Shown in pieces: positions 16,420 to 24,562 of a DNA stretch of 38,227 nt. Made by a program: the position numbers and the translations under genes. The notes below the pieces were generated by a model. That model did not search any database. It had not been told where the DNA came from and saw nothing but the letters and a program-made list of their open reading frames with translations. Source of the DNA: Minisyncoccota bacterium. GTDB taxonomy: Bacteria > Patescibacteriota > Minisyncoccia > Phycocordibacterales > JBBDKB01. The stretch's first letter is position 1; each line of letters opens with the position of its first letter. Location: assembly GCA_040879605.1 (NCBI GenBank), contig JBBDKB010000027.1:18250-56476 (forward strand). The letters run 5' to 3'.

Positions 16420-16845
16420 AGTTATATGATTACTTTTCTTGAGTAAGTGGTCAAAAATGCAAGAGGGGTCGGGAGACCAGCTGATCTCCCGTGGAGGAGA
16501 GCAGTGACCCCGAGCTTGTCGGGGGGGAGCGTTGAGAACCGTGGGTTCTCAAAAAAGCTGTAAGCTTTTGTTTTTGACCACTTGTTATGCCCACTCATGT
16601 TTGTAGTATAAAGCATCTTGCCCCAGTGGACCCAATTTCGTGGGCAAAAATGAAAGAGAGGTCGAGAGACCAGCTGGTCTCTCGAGGAGGAGAGCAGCGA
16701 CCCCGTGAGATAGTGGGCTTGAGAGCTCTATCTTGCGGGCGAGCGTTGAGAACCGAGCCTGCCCTTCCGTAGTCGACAGGCGAAGGCGGGGGTTCTCAAA
16801 AAAGCTGTAAGCTTTTGTTTTTAACCATTTGTTATGTCCTGTCAT
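16420..16845 (-). repeat. Two tandem structured elements, each beginning with a diverged copy of the yebC start (unit B 16420-16598, unit A 16599-16845)
   Basis: On the minus strand, ATGACAGGACATAACAAATGGTTAAAAAC (from 16845) and ATGAGTGGGCATAACAAGTGGTCAAAAAC (from 16598) parallel the real start ATGTCAGGACACAACAAGTGGTCAAAAAT (from 16419). A 32-nt block is identical between units (16544-16575 = 16791-16822). Hairpin modules are shared. Confidence 0.8.
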
Positions 16846-16882
16846 ACTTGTAGTGCGATACTATCTTATAGAAATGTGCTAG

Positions 16883-16906
16883 TACACTACGATTAATCGT
16901 AGTGTA
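16883..16906 (-). terminator. Perfect 24-nt palindrome downstream of ruvB (terminator-like)
   Basis: TACACTACGATT|AATCGTAGTGTA lies 20 nt after the ruvB stop. The T-tract is weak. Confidence 0.45.
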
Positions 16907-16925
16907 GGGAGTTTGTCTTTTGCGT

Positions 16926-17939
16926 TTAAAGAAGCTTGCTCTGTTCTTCCGGAGGATCAAACCCGAGGTGCTCATACGCTTTTTTTGTCGCGACACGACC
17001 TCGAGGGGTTCTCTCTAAGAGCCCGCATTGAATCAAGTATGGTTCGTGCACTTCCTCAATTGTTGATTGCTCCTCTGCTGTCGCAGCAGCAAGCGTGTTT
17101 AACCCTACAGGACCTCCGCTAAATTTCTCAATAATTGTTTCAAGAATTTTTCTGTCAGTTGAGGCGAGACCAAGCTCATCAATTTCAAGAAGGGAAAGCG
17201 CATCATCAACAAGTTTTTTAGAAATCTGTTTTTTATGTACCTGCCCGAAATCCCGCACGCGCTTCAGAAGATAGTTTGCCATGCGAGGTGTTTTGCGGCT
17301 TCTTTTTGAGATTTCTTCAATCGCGTCTTCTTCTATATTTATTCCAAGAATGCTTGAAGACCTCTTTACGATCTCTCCGATCTCTGTTTCTGAGTAAAAA
17401 TCAAGGCGGAATGTTCCTCCTGAAAAGCGGGAGCGCAGTGGGGCGGAGAGAAGGGCAACTCTTGTTGTTGCGGCAACGAGCGTGAAAGGAGGGAGTTCAA
17501 GTTGGATGGTGCGCGCTGAAGGCCCTTTTCCGATAATGATATCGAGCACTCCAGACTCAAGGGCGGGGTAGAGTACTTCTTCAATCGTTTTGTTTAAGCG
17601 ATGGATTTCATCAATAAAAAGAATGTCTCCTTCGCCCAAATTTGTGAGAATTGCCGCAAGATCCCCAACCCGCTCTATTGCAGGGCCGGATGTTATCTTC
17701 ATTTGCGCACCAATTTCAGTAGAAATAAGGTGGGCAAGAGTTGTTTTTCCTAAACCAGGAGGACCGTAGAAGAGGAGATGTTCAGGGGAGTGAGAGCGCT
17801 CTTTTGCCGCAGTAAGAAGGATACGCAGATTCTCTTTAATCGCGCTCTGGCCAATATACTCTTCCCATTTTTGAGGACGAAGCGTTCGGTCGAGTGCTCT
17901 GTCGAACTCTCTTCCACTTAACTTCTCACTACTTGACAT
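16926..17939 (-). CDS. ruvB: Holliday junction branch migration ATPase RuvB
   Basis: 337 aa. Walker A is GPPGLGKTT and Walker B is ILFIDEIHRL. The sensor and winged-helix C-terminus are typical. Confidence 0.95.
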   Translation of the reverse strand: MSSSEKLSGREFDRALDRTLRPQKWEEYIGQSAIKENLRILLTAAKERSHSPEHLLFYGPPGLGKTTLAHLISTEIGAQMKITSGPAIERVGDLAAILTNLGEGDILFIDEIHRLNKTIEEVLYPALESGVLDIIIGKGPSARTIQLELPPFTLVAATTRVALLSAPLRSRFSGGTFRLDFYSETEIGEIVKRSSSILGINIEEDAIEEISKRSRKTPRMANYLLKRVRDFGQVHKKQISKKLVDDALSLLEIDELGLASTDRKILETIIEKFSGGPVGLNTLAAATAEEQSTIEEVHEPYLIQCGLLERTPRGRVATKKAYEHLGFDPPEEQSKLL

Positions 17940-18005
17940 AGATATAATTTTGTGCTAACGTTTCTATGAACCTAGCACTTATTAAGGCGGGTTGTTTTTT
18001 ATACA

Positions 18006-18146
18006 TTTGAACCCCGCACTCCCCAAACAAGCTACTGCGCAAGCAGTTGGACCTTCTTCGAGGCTCACCTGGTTTCGACTGGGTGCTCCCTTAGGGATAG
18101 GTCCTTTAAGTATTCACAAATTTGTTTGGGGAGTGCGGGGTTTAAA
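18006..18146 (+). other. 141-nt structured element closed by 25-nt inverted arms (candidate small RNA or MITE-like element)
   Basis: The arms at 18006-18030 and 18122-18146 are complementary with one mismatch. The interior has hairpins ACTGC-GCAA-GCAGT (18034-18047) and a UUCG-loop hairpin. G-U wobbles are valid only on the plus strand. Confidence 0.4.
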
Positions 18147-18168
18147 CGTATTTGTAATGAACAGCGCG

Positions 18169-19836
18169 TTATATTCCTATATCGAGTACGCGATCAAGCT
18201 CCGATAAGGACGTTATACCACGAAGCGCCTTCAAAACTCCATCTTGCTTCATCGTGAGTATTCCTTGCGCTTTTGATGCCTCAGCAATTTCTTCTTCGCT
18301 CGCTGATTGCTCGGCGAGTTTTCCAATTTCAGTGTCCATCACGATTGCTTCAAAAAGTCCTATTCGTCCCTCGTATCCACTTTCGCAGTTCTCATTCACT
18401 ACCGGCTCCCATACCTTGGTGCGGTTTTCCGGAATGAGGGCAGGATCAGGAATTGTCGCGAGTGTCTCGTCAACAAACTTTTTTGCCTCTCCTCCAAGTT
18501 CAACTTCTTTCGTACAACCTTTTTTCAATTTCCGCACAAGTCTTTGCGCAATAATGACATTAATACTTGAACTTAAAACACGAGGGTTTGCCCCGAGGTC
18601 AATTAAGCGGGGGATTGCACCGGCCGCATTGTTTGTATGGAGTGTTGAGAATACGAGGTGGCCTGTCAGAGAAGCATCAACTGCAGTCTCCACAACTTCA
18701 CTGTCTCTAATTTCACCAACCATGATGATGTCGGGATCTTGGCGGAGCGAGGAGCGTAGCCCTTTTGCAAATGTATAGTTTTTTGAATCGGTCTGTGTCT
18801 GAACAATTCCCTGTAGATGGTATTCGACAGGATCTTCAATAGTAATAATTTTAATTTCCGGCTGATGCACCTGCTTTAAAAACGCGTAGAGCGTTGTTGT
18901 TTTTCCTGATCCGGTCGGTCCTGTGGTGAGGATCATGCCATTTGGTTTTTTTATCTCTCGCTCAAGAATATCAAGGAGTCTCCTTTCAATTCCCAACTCT
19001 TCCATAGGAACGGCAAGTGTCTCAGGGTGAAGCAAGCGAAGTACAATTGATTCTCCGTAGGAGCCCGGGAGAATTGAGGTGCGGACTTCTATCTCTTCAT
19101 TGGCGATTTCAACACTGAAGCGTCCATCTTGGGCTTCGTCTTTCACATTTAGTTTCAATCCAGAAAGGAGTTTAATTCGCGACAGAAGAAGTCGATACGT
19201 TTCGTGGTCGAAATTGATAACATCTGTAAGTACGCCATCAAGGCGGTAGCGAAGGCGCGTCTCATTTTCCTCTGGCTCTATATGAACGTCGGATGCTTTT
19301 TTTGCGAGCGCTCCAGCGAGGACTGTTTCAAGAATGCGCGAGATGCGATGCGCTTTTTTCATTCCGAGTACCTCCTCAACTTCAATTCGGGCGTCGTTGA
19401 GTGTTTTTATGTTCTTTAGAATACGGTCAATTTCATCTCCTGAAATCTCGAGCACTCCTTCTCTTGTTTCAACGGCAAATGAAAGATCTTTATAAAGCTC
19501 CCACGCGCGCTTGAGGCTTGCGCGCGATGCCATATAGAGAGTGAGGGAATACCCCTTTCTCTCGAGCTCGTCTTTGAGGCTTTGGATATTGGGATTGTTT
19601 GGCGTACGTACGGCGACTGCGAGCTTTTTGCCTACCTTACTAAAGGCGGCGACTTCAGCTTTCCGCGCCTCCTCTTCAGATATTACCCGCAAGGCGTCGG
19701 TATTAATTGACACGGTAGAGAGATCGATGTACTCGAGGTTATATTTCCTTGAGAGCATTGATGCCAATTGCTCCTCCTCTTTTTTCCGGAGTTCTGCAAG
19801 TTTTTTTTCTTGCTCTTTCTCATCAAACACAGCCAT
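18169..19836 (-). CDS. Type II/IV secretion / type IV pilus assembly ATPase (GspE/PilB family)
   Basis: 555 aa. Walker A is TGPTGSGKTTT. The Asp box, Walker B (IIMVGEIRD) and His box (GHLVFSTLHTN) are present. Confidence 0.9.
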   Translation of the reverse strand: MAVFDEKEQEKKLAELRKKEEEQLASMLSRKYNLEYIDLSTVSINTDALRVISEEEARKAEVAAFSKVGKKLAVAVRTPNNPNIQSLKDELERKGYSLTLYMASRASLKRAWELYKDLSFAVETREGVLEISGDEIDRILKNIKTLNDARIEVEEVLGMKKAHRISRILETVLAGALAKKASDVHIEPEENETRLRYRLDGVLTDVINFDHETYRLLLSRIKLLSGLKLNVKDEAQDGRFSVEIANEEIEVRTSILPGSYGESIVLRLLHPETLAVPMEELGIERRLLDILEREIKKPNGMILTTGPTGSGKTTTLYAFLKQVHQPEIKIITIEDPVEYHLQGIVQTQTDSKNYTFAKGLRSSLRQDPDIIMVGEIRDSEVVETAVDASLTGHLVFSTLHTNNAAGAIPRLIDLGANPRVLSSSINVIIAQRLVRKLKKGCTKEVELGGEAKKFVDETLATIPDPALIPENRTKVWEPVVNENCESGYEGRIGLFEAIVMDTEIGKLAEQSASEEEIAEASKAQGILTMKQDGVLKALRGITSLSELDRVLDIGI

Positions 19837-19917
19837 TTGAGGAAAATAATAGCGCGTTTTAGCTCTTAAAACAACGAAGAAGGAAGAAATGTTTTGGGCA
19901 CTAGGTGCAGTTTGTGA

Positions 19918-19961
19918 AAGAGAGAAAAACCTTACGATATATCGTAAGGTTTTTCTCTCTT
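19918..19961. terminator. Perfect 44-nt palindrome with A-tract/T-tract flanks (bidirectional terminator-like) in a divergent intergenic region
   Basis: AAGAGAGAAAAACCTTACGATA|TATCGTAAGGTTTTTCTCTCTT has every position paired from 19918 to 19961. Confidence 0.45.
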
Positions 19962-20078
19962 CTCTATTCCAGTGAGAGCATCCACAAATCGTTGGGATAT
20001 TACGGAAACATTGACTTTCTGATGTATTTGTGATATAGGTAGTTCAGCTTTGACAACTTATGGCCAAGGGAGGCCAGC

Positions 20079-20426
20079 ATGATCAGGATTTTCACAGGGA
20101 CGGTTGTTGTTTTCGCTGGACTCGCGCTCGCTGGATGTTTCGAAGGTGTCCGGCTTGCAGGGGGCGGCGGACATTCCCTCCAGCTCACGACCAATTTGGA
20201 AGCTCCTGTCGTGGACTGTCCGTATAGTGCGGACTGTACTGCCAGGACAACAACCAAATATTCGACAGGACAGTACTCGTCGAGTTCGTCGGTGTATGGG
20301 AATTTCGGCGAGGAGTGGGAAACTTATGACGAGCGTACGGACGTCATCGTCCGGACGCCTTCACGGCGGCTGAACTCCCCCTACGTGCCACAGAGGTATC
20401 AAGGGGGTCTCTACGGCGGGTACTGA
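20079..20426 (+). CDS. Putative lipoprotein (GC-rich islet)
   Basis: 115 aa. The signal peptide carries the lipobox FAGLALAGC. An SD GGGAGG lies 5 nt upstream. The sequence is strongly GC-rich relative to its neighbours. Confidence 0.5.
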   Translation: MIRIFTGTVVVFAGLALAGCFEGVRLAGGGGHSLQLTTNLEAPVVDCPYSADCTARTTTKYSTGQYSSSSSVYGNFGEEWETYDERTDVIVRTPSRRLNSPYVPQRYQGGLYGGY

Positions 20427-20545
20427 GTTTCCTTGACGCGAGACGGCAATGCGGCCGTCTCGCGAGGGCGCGTGGATAATTTCCTCGCGCTCGTTTGTTT
20501 TTCAGGGATACTTGAATGAGAATGTCCGCAGTTAAGGAGAAAAAC

Positions 20546-20713
20546 ATGCGCACAACATTTCTTCTTGTACTCCTCATGTTCTCTGCCTGTACCTCGCATA
20601 ATATGTGTGTGGTGGATACTGCAGCGAATGTGGGAACAGCGCAGTTCTTTGGCGTTTACCCCACGCAAGCGGAGGTGTTTTTCCACTACTACAAATGCTG
20701 CACTGGCTACTAG
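20546..20713 (+). CDS. Putative small lipoprotein (GC-rich islet)
   Basis: 55 aa from ATG 20546, preceded by AAGGAG (20534-20539). The N-terminus is MRTTFLLVLLMFSAC (lipobox-like). A GC hairpin at 20714-20745 follows the stop. Confidence 0.4.
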   Translation: MRTTFLLVLLMFSACTSHNMCVVDTAANVGTAQFFGVYPTQAEVFFHYYKCCTGY

Positions 20714-20760
20714 GGCGCCCCATGGGTTTCATCTCACGGGGCGCCTCAGCGTTTCCGAAA

Positions 20761-20769
20761 TGCTACAAT
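20761..20769 (+). promoter_or_regulatory. Extended -10 box (TGCTACAAT) 6 nt upstream of the tsaE ATG
   Basis: The plus strand reads TGCTACAAT-ggagat-ATG. Confidence 0.4.
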
Positions 20770-20775
20770 GGAGAT

Positions 20776-21201
20776 ATGCAGGTCTCACTTACTGGATTAC
20801 ACGCTGAAGCTCGGTGTCTCTTAGAAACCCTTATTCCGAAGGAGAATGAAGCAGTTATCGTCGGTCTTTCGGGTGAATTAGGAGCGGGGAAAACAACGTT
20901 TGTAAAAGAAATTGCCGATCTACTTGGAATTGAGGAAATAGTCACCAGTCCGACTTTTGTAATTCAAAAAGTGTATAAGCTTAAAAATCAAAAGTTTAGT
21001 CGCCTCATTCACATTGACGCATATCGATTAGGCGGAGGAGGTGGGCTTCAAGTGCTTGGATTTGAGGAGCTCCTTAAAGATCCGAAGAATTTAATTTTTG
21101 TTGAGTGGCCTGAGAAAGTAAAAGATATCCTTCCGAATTCGACGCAAATAATTTCTTTCTCTGTTCTTGATGGAGAGAGGAGAGAACTTTCTTATGCCTA
21201 A
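20776..21201 (+). CDS. tsaE: tRNA threonylcarbamoyladenosine biosynthesis protein TsaE
   Basis: P-loop LSGELGAGKTTFVK and SPTF...HIDAYRL...EWPE are TsaE hallmarks. The start is chosen at ATG 20776. The longer track ORF (from 20605) runs through the GC-rich islet. Confidence 0.85.
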   Translation: MQVSLTGLHAEARCLLETLIPKENEAVIVGLSGELGAGKTTFVKEIADLLGIEEIVTSPTFVIQKVYKLKNQKFSRLIHIDAYRLGGGGGLQVLGFEELLKDPKNLIFVEWPEKVKDILPNSTQIISFSVLDGERRELSYA

Positions 21202-23578
21202 AAAAACTATAGAAAGAAAGAAGCGACTCGTTCTTCTTGATGCGCATGCAATTTTGCATAGGGCGTATCATGCGCTTCCTGATTTCACCTCTCATTCAGG
21301 GGAACCAACCGGAGCGCTCTATGGTCTTTCTGCGATGTTGATGAAAATCATCACCGACCTAAAGCCTGATTACATTGCCGCGTGTTTTGACTTACCCGAG
21401 CCAACATACAGGCATGAAGCATATGAGAATTACAAAGCAGGACGCGCGAAAACGGATGAAGTCTTGGTGAGGCAAATAAATCGCTCGCGCGATGTCTTTG
21501 AAGCATTCTCAATTCCAATTTATGAGAAGCCTGGATTTGAGGCTGACGATATGCTTGGCACTATTGTCGAGCAGACAAAAGACAATAAAGAGCTTGAGAT
21601 TGTTATTGCATCTGGAGATATGGATACACTTCAGCTTGTGGAGAAGAAAAAAGTGCAGGTATATACACTGCGAAAAGGATTGAACGATACGATTCTTTAT
21701 GATGAAAATGCGGTAAAGGAGCGCTTCGGTTTTTCTCCTGAACGTTTGCCTGATTATAAGGGCCTTAGGGGGGATCCTTCCGACAATATTATTGGTATTT
21801 CTGGTATTGGGGACAAAACGGCAACCGAGCTCATCACTACATTTGGAAGCATCGAAAATATTTATAAAAAGCTCAAAAAAGAGAAAGAGGCTTTCGAAAG
21901 AGAGGGATTCAAGCCTCGTATTATAAAACTTCTTGAGGAGGGTGAAGAGGAAGCATATTTTTCAAAAGAGCTTGCGACAATACGGAAAGACGCGAAGATC
22001 AATTTTTCTTTACCCAAGAAAGAATGGAGAGATGAGATTAAGGTTGATTCCATTCTCACACTTTTTAGTGAACTTTCTTTTAGGACGCTCTCGGAGCGCG
22101 CAAAACAACTCTTTGGAAAAGAATCCGGAGAGGATGGGGGATCAGATAAAGAAGAAGAAGGGGAGGAGGAATATGACGAAGAACTTCTTGGGAAGGTTTC
22201 AGTTGGTGTGTGGCTTCTTGATTCTGAGATGACAAATCCGAATTATGACGATGTGATGTCTTTTACCAAAGCAAAAGATCTAAAAGAAGCAGAGAAGAAA
22301 GTATGTGAAATGCTCGAAAAAGAAAAACTCCTCTCGCTTTATAAAGAGATTGAACTTCCTCTTATCCCGGTAATTCAAAAAATGGAGAAACGCGGAGTGT
22401 TTATAGACAGTAAGTATCTAAAAGAACTCTCAAAGGAATATCATAAAGAGCTTGAGGAAATAGAGAAGAAGATTTATAAAGAGGCGAAAGAAGAATTCAA
22501 CATCAATTCTCCACGTCAACTGGGGGTGATTCTCTACGAGAAACTTGGTCTAAAAACACAAAAAAAGACAGCGACGGGACAGAAATCGACACGAGAATCA
22601 GAACTTGAGAAGCTAAAGGATGAGCATGCAATTATTGAGCAGATACTTCAGTATAGGGAATTACAAAAACTACTTTCCACTTATATCGATACGATACCAG
22701 AATCAGTGAACGTGGACGGGAGACTCCATGCAACGTTTGTGCAAACCGGTACGACCACGGGGCGTATGGCATCCATCAATCCGAACCTCCAAAACATCCC
22801 TATTCGCTCAGAGCACGGAAAGAAAATAAGGAATGCATTTGTAGCACCTCCTGGGTTTGTAATTGTTGCATTTGATTACTCTCAAATTGAGCTTCGTGTC
22901 GCTGCATTTCTCTCAGGAGACAAGAAGCTTATAAATATTTTCAAAGAAAAAGGCGATGTGCACACAGCAGTTGCAGCCGAGGTGTTTGGAGTGCCACCTG
23001 AGCAAGTTGATAAAGAGATGCGAAGGAGGGCAAAAGTGATTAACTTCGGCATTCTTTATGGAATGGGGGTGAATGCGCTCCGAGTGAATTTAGGGACAGA
23101 TAGAAAAGAGGCGCAGGAGTTTCTAAATGAATATTTCAAAAATTTCTCGGGGCTTGCGAGATATCTGGATCATGTAAAATCAGAAACCGCTCGGAAGAAA
23201 TATACGGAAACATTTTTCGGCAGGAAGAGATACTTTGAAGGAATTTCTTCTTCTCTTCCGTATGTTCGAGCGCAGGCAGAAAGGATGGCGATTAATGCAC
23301 CAATTCAAGGCACATCGGCCGATATTATTCGGATAGCGATGGTGCGAATTGATGAGATGCTCAAGAAAAAGAAATATGAGGGGGACGCGCACTTGGTGCT
23401 CCAGATTCACGATGAGCTTGTCTATGAAATAAAGGAAGAGAAGGAAAAAGAAATTGCAGAGGAAATAGAAACTATCATGGAAAATATAATAGATGTAAAG
23501 GAAACGTCGGGAGTGCCGATTATTGTGGATGCGCATGTGGGCAAGAATTGGGGCGAGATGAAAAAATTAAATGGCTAA
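21194..23578 (+). CDS. polA: DNA polymerase I
   Basis: The 5'-nuclease domain has LLDAHAILHRAYHA and GDPSDNIIGISGIGDKTA. Polymerase motifs are A (DYSQIELRV), B (RRRAKVINFGILYG) and C (QIHDELV). The start at ATG 21194 overlaps the tsaE stop (ATGCCTAA). Confidence 0.95.
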   Translation: MPKKTIERKKRLVLLDAHAILHRAYHALPDFTSHSGEPTGALYGLSAMLMKIITDLKPDYIAACFDLPEPTYRHEAYENYKAGRAKTDEVLVRQINRSRDVFEAFSIPIYEKPGFEADDMLGTIVEQTKDNKELEIVIASGDMDTLQLVEKKKVQVYTLRKGLNDTILYDENAVKERFGFSPERLPDYKGLRGDPSDNIIGISGIGDKTATELITTFGSIENIYKKLKKEKEAFEREGFKPRIIKLLEEGEEEAYFSKELATIRKDAKINFSLPKKEWRDEIKVDSILTLFSELSFRTLSERAKQLFGKESGEDGGSDKEEEGEEEYDEELLGKVSVGVWLLDSEMTNPNYDDVMSFTKAKDLKEAEKKVCEMLEKEKLLSLYKEIELPLIPVIQKMEKRGVFIDSKYLKELSKEYHKELEEIEKKIYKEAKEEFNINSPRQLGVILYEKLGLKTQKKTATGQKSTRESELEKLKDEHAIIEQILQYRELQKLLSTYIDTIPESVNVDGRLHATFVQTGTTTGRMASINPNLQNIPIRSEHGKKIRNAFVAPPGFVIVAFDYSQIELRVAAFLSGDKKLINIFKEKGDVHTAVAAEVFGVPPEQVDKEMRRRAKVINFGILYGMGVNALRVNLGTDRKEAQEFLNEYFKNFSGLARYLDHVKSETARKKYTETFFGRKRYFEGISSSLPYVRAQAERMAINAPIQGTSADIIRIAMVRIDEMLKKKKYEGDAHLVLQIHDELVYEIKEEKEKEIAEEIETIMENIIDVKETSGVPIIVDAHVGKNWGEMKKLNG

Positions 23579-23674
23579 TTTCCAATTCCTAATTTCTAAA
23601 TGACCTCGTTAAAACGTCTAGTAATTAGAGCTTAGATTATTTTTTAGAAATTAGAACTTAGAAATTTCCACCCT

Positions 23675-24388
23675 ATGTTGTATCTTTTCCACGGCTCCGA
23701 TACGCAGGCTTCAAGAAAAAAGCTCCACAAGAAACTGGATGTGGCACTTTCTAAGAATCCAGATTCTCCGCTTATGTGGATTGATGAGGAAAATTTTGAT
23801 GGAGCTTCGTTTCCTGAATTGCTTGGTGGACAGAGCTTGTTTGGGGGGGTTCTGAATGTGGCAGTAGACGCTTCCGGGGGAGAAGGCATTCTCACTGATT
23901 TTATTTCAGAAAAAGTAAGAGATATTAAGGAGTCTGAAAATGTTTTTTATATCCTCTTTGGGAAAGAAACTAAGAAGACACTTGAGCCTTTCTTAAAATA
24001 CGCCCAATCTTCCGAGGAGTCAGCACTCAAGGAAGTGGCGGCTCAAAAATTCAATGTCTTCTCTCTTACCGATGCGCTCGGGAAAAGAGACCGGAAAGGT
24101 CTCTGGGTGCTCTATCAAAAGGCAAAGCGAAACAATATTGCCGATGAAGAAGTGCACGGGATTCTTTTTTGGCAGTTGAAGTGCATGCTCTTTGCGGCTT
24201 CATCGGCAAGCGCGAATGACGCGGGGATTAAAGAGTTCCCCTTCAAAAAAGCAAAAAGTTTTTTGCGAAACTTTAGAGAAGGGGAGGTTGAAGAAAAAGC
24301 GCACGAGCTTCTTTTGGTGACATATGATGCGCGTAGAGGAAAATCTGATTTCGGGGGTGCGCTCGAGCGGTTCATTTTGAGCGTATAA
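23675..24388 (+). CDS. holA: DNA polymerase III delta subunit-like protein (short)
   Basis: 237 aa. The N-terminal MLYLFHGSDTQASRKKL...GGQSLFGG resembles HolA. The assignment is weaker than for the other replication genes. Confidence 0.55.
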   Translation: MLYLFHGSDTQASRKKLHKKLDVALSKNPDSPLMWIDEENFDGASFPELLGGQSLFGGVLNVAVDASGGEGILTDFISEKVRDIKESENVFYILFGKETKKTLEPFLKYAQSSEESALKEVAAQKFNVFSLTDALGKRDRKGLWVLYQKAKRNNIADEEVHGILFWQLKCMLFAASSASANDAGIKEFPFKKAKSFLRNFREGEVEEKAHELLLVTYDARRGKSDFGGALERFILSV

Positions 24389-24488
24389 TGGAAAGTAGCG
24401 TACGCGTGTGGTATTGTTGGTGCCACAGTTAAGTATCCTCCCATAGCTTCCGCCAGTTGGCGGATTGGTAGGCTCACGGGGAAAATCA

Positions 24489-24561
24489 CCGCCTATAGCT
24501 CAATTGGCAGAGCAGTCCCCTTTTAAGGGAAAGGTTCCAGGTTCGATTCCTGGTGGGCGGA
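24489..24561 (+). tRNA. tRNA-Lys (anticodon UUU), CCA not encoded
   Basis: Hand-folded cloverleaf: acceptor CCGCCTA/TGGGCGG, D arm GCTC-AATTGGCA-GAGC, anticodon arm GTCCC-CTTTTAA-GGGAA, variable AGGTT, T arm CCAGG-TTCGATT-CCTGG, discriminator A. The 1-72 pair is an unusual C-G. Confidence 0.8.
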
Positions 24562-24562
24562 C

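Noticed and set aside
16422-16845. The ORFs 16422-16616 and 16585-16845 (minus strand) begin with MSGHNKWSK and MTGHNKWLK, which looks like two extra yebC paralogues.
   Set aside because: Only the first ~9 codons resemble YebC. The remainder is translation of hairpin modules (KTKAYSFFENPR...). They are treated as pseudo-starts belonging to the tandem elements, not as genes.
20104-20807. Numerous overlapping ORFs in the GC-rich islet: 20000-20257 minus, 20104-20373 plus, 20344-20577 minus, 20411-20686 minus, 20565-20807 plus, and the 5' extension of tsaE from 20605.
   Set aside because: They are mutually overlapping and lack SD sequences and recognisable motifs. Only the two SD-led lipobox ORFs and the tsaE start at 20776 have supporting signals.
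23590-23657. A 12-bp inverted repeat, CTAATTTCTAAA / TTTAGAAATTAG, in the polA-holA spacer.
   Set aside because: The sequence is very AT-rich and low-complexity, with repeated TTAGAAAT-like words, and the intervening loop is long (~45 nt). It is likely promoter-region composition rather than a specific structure.
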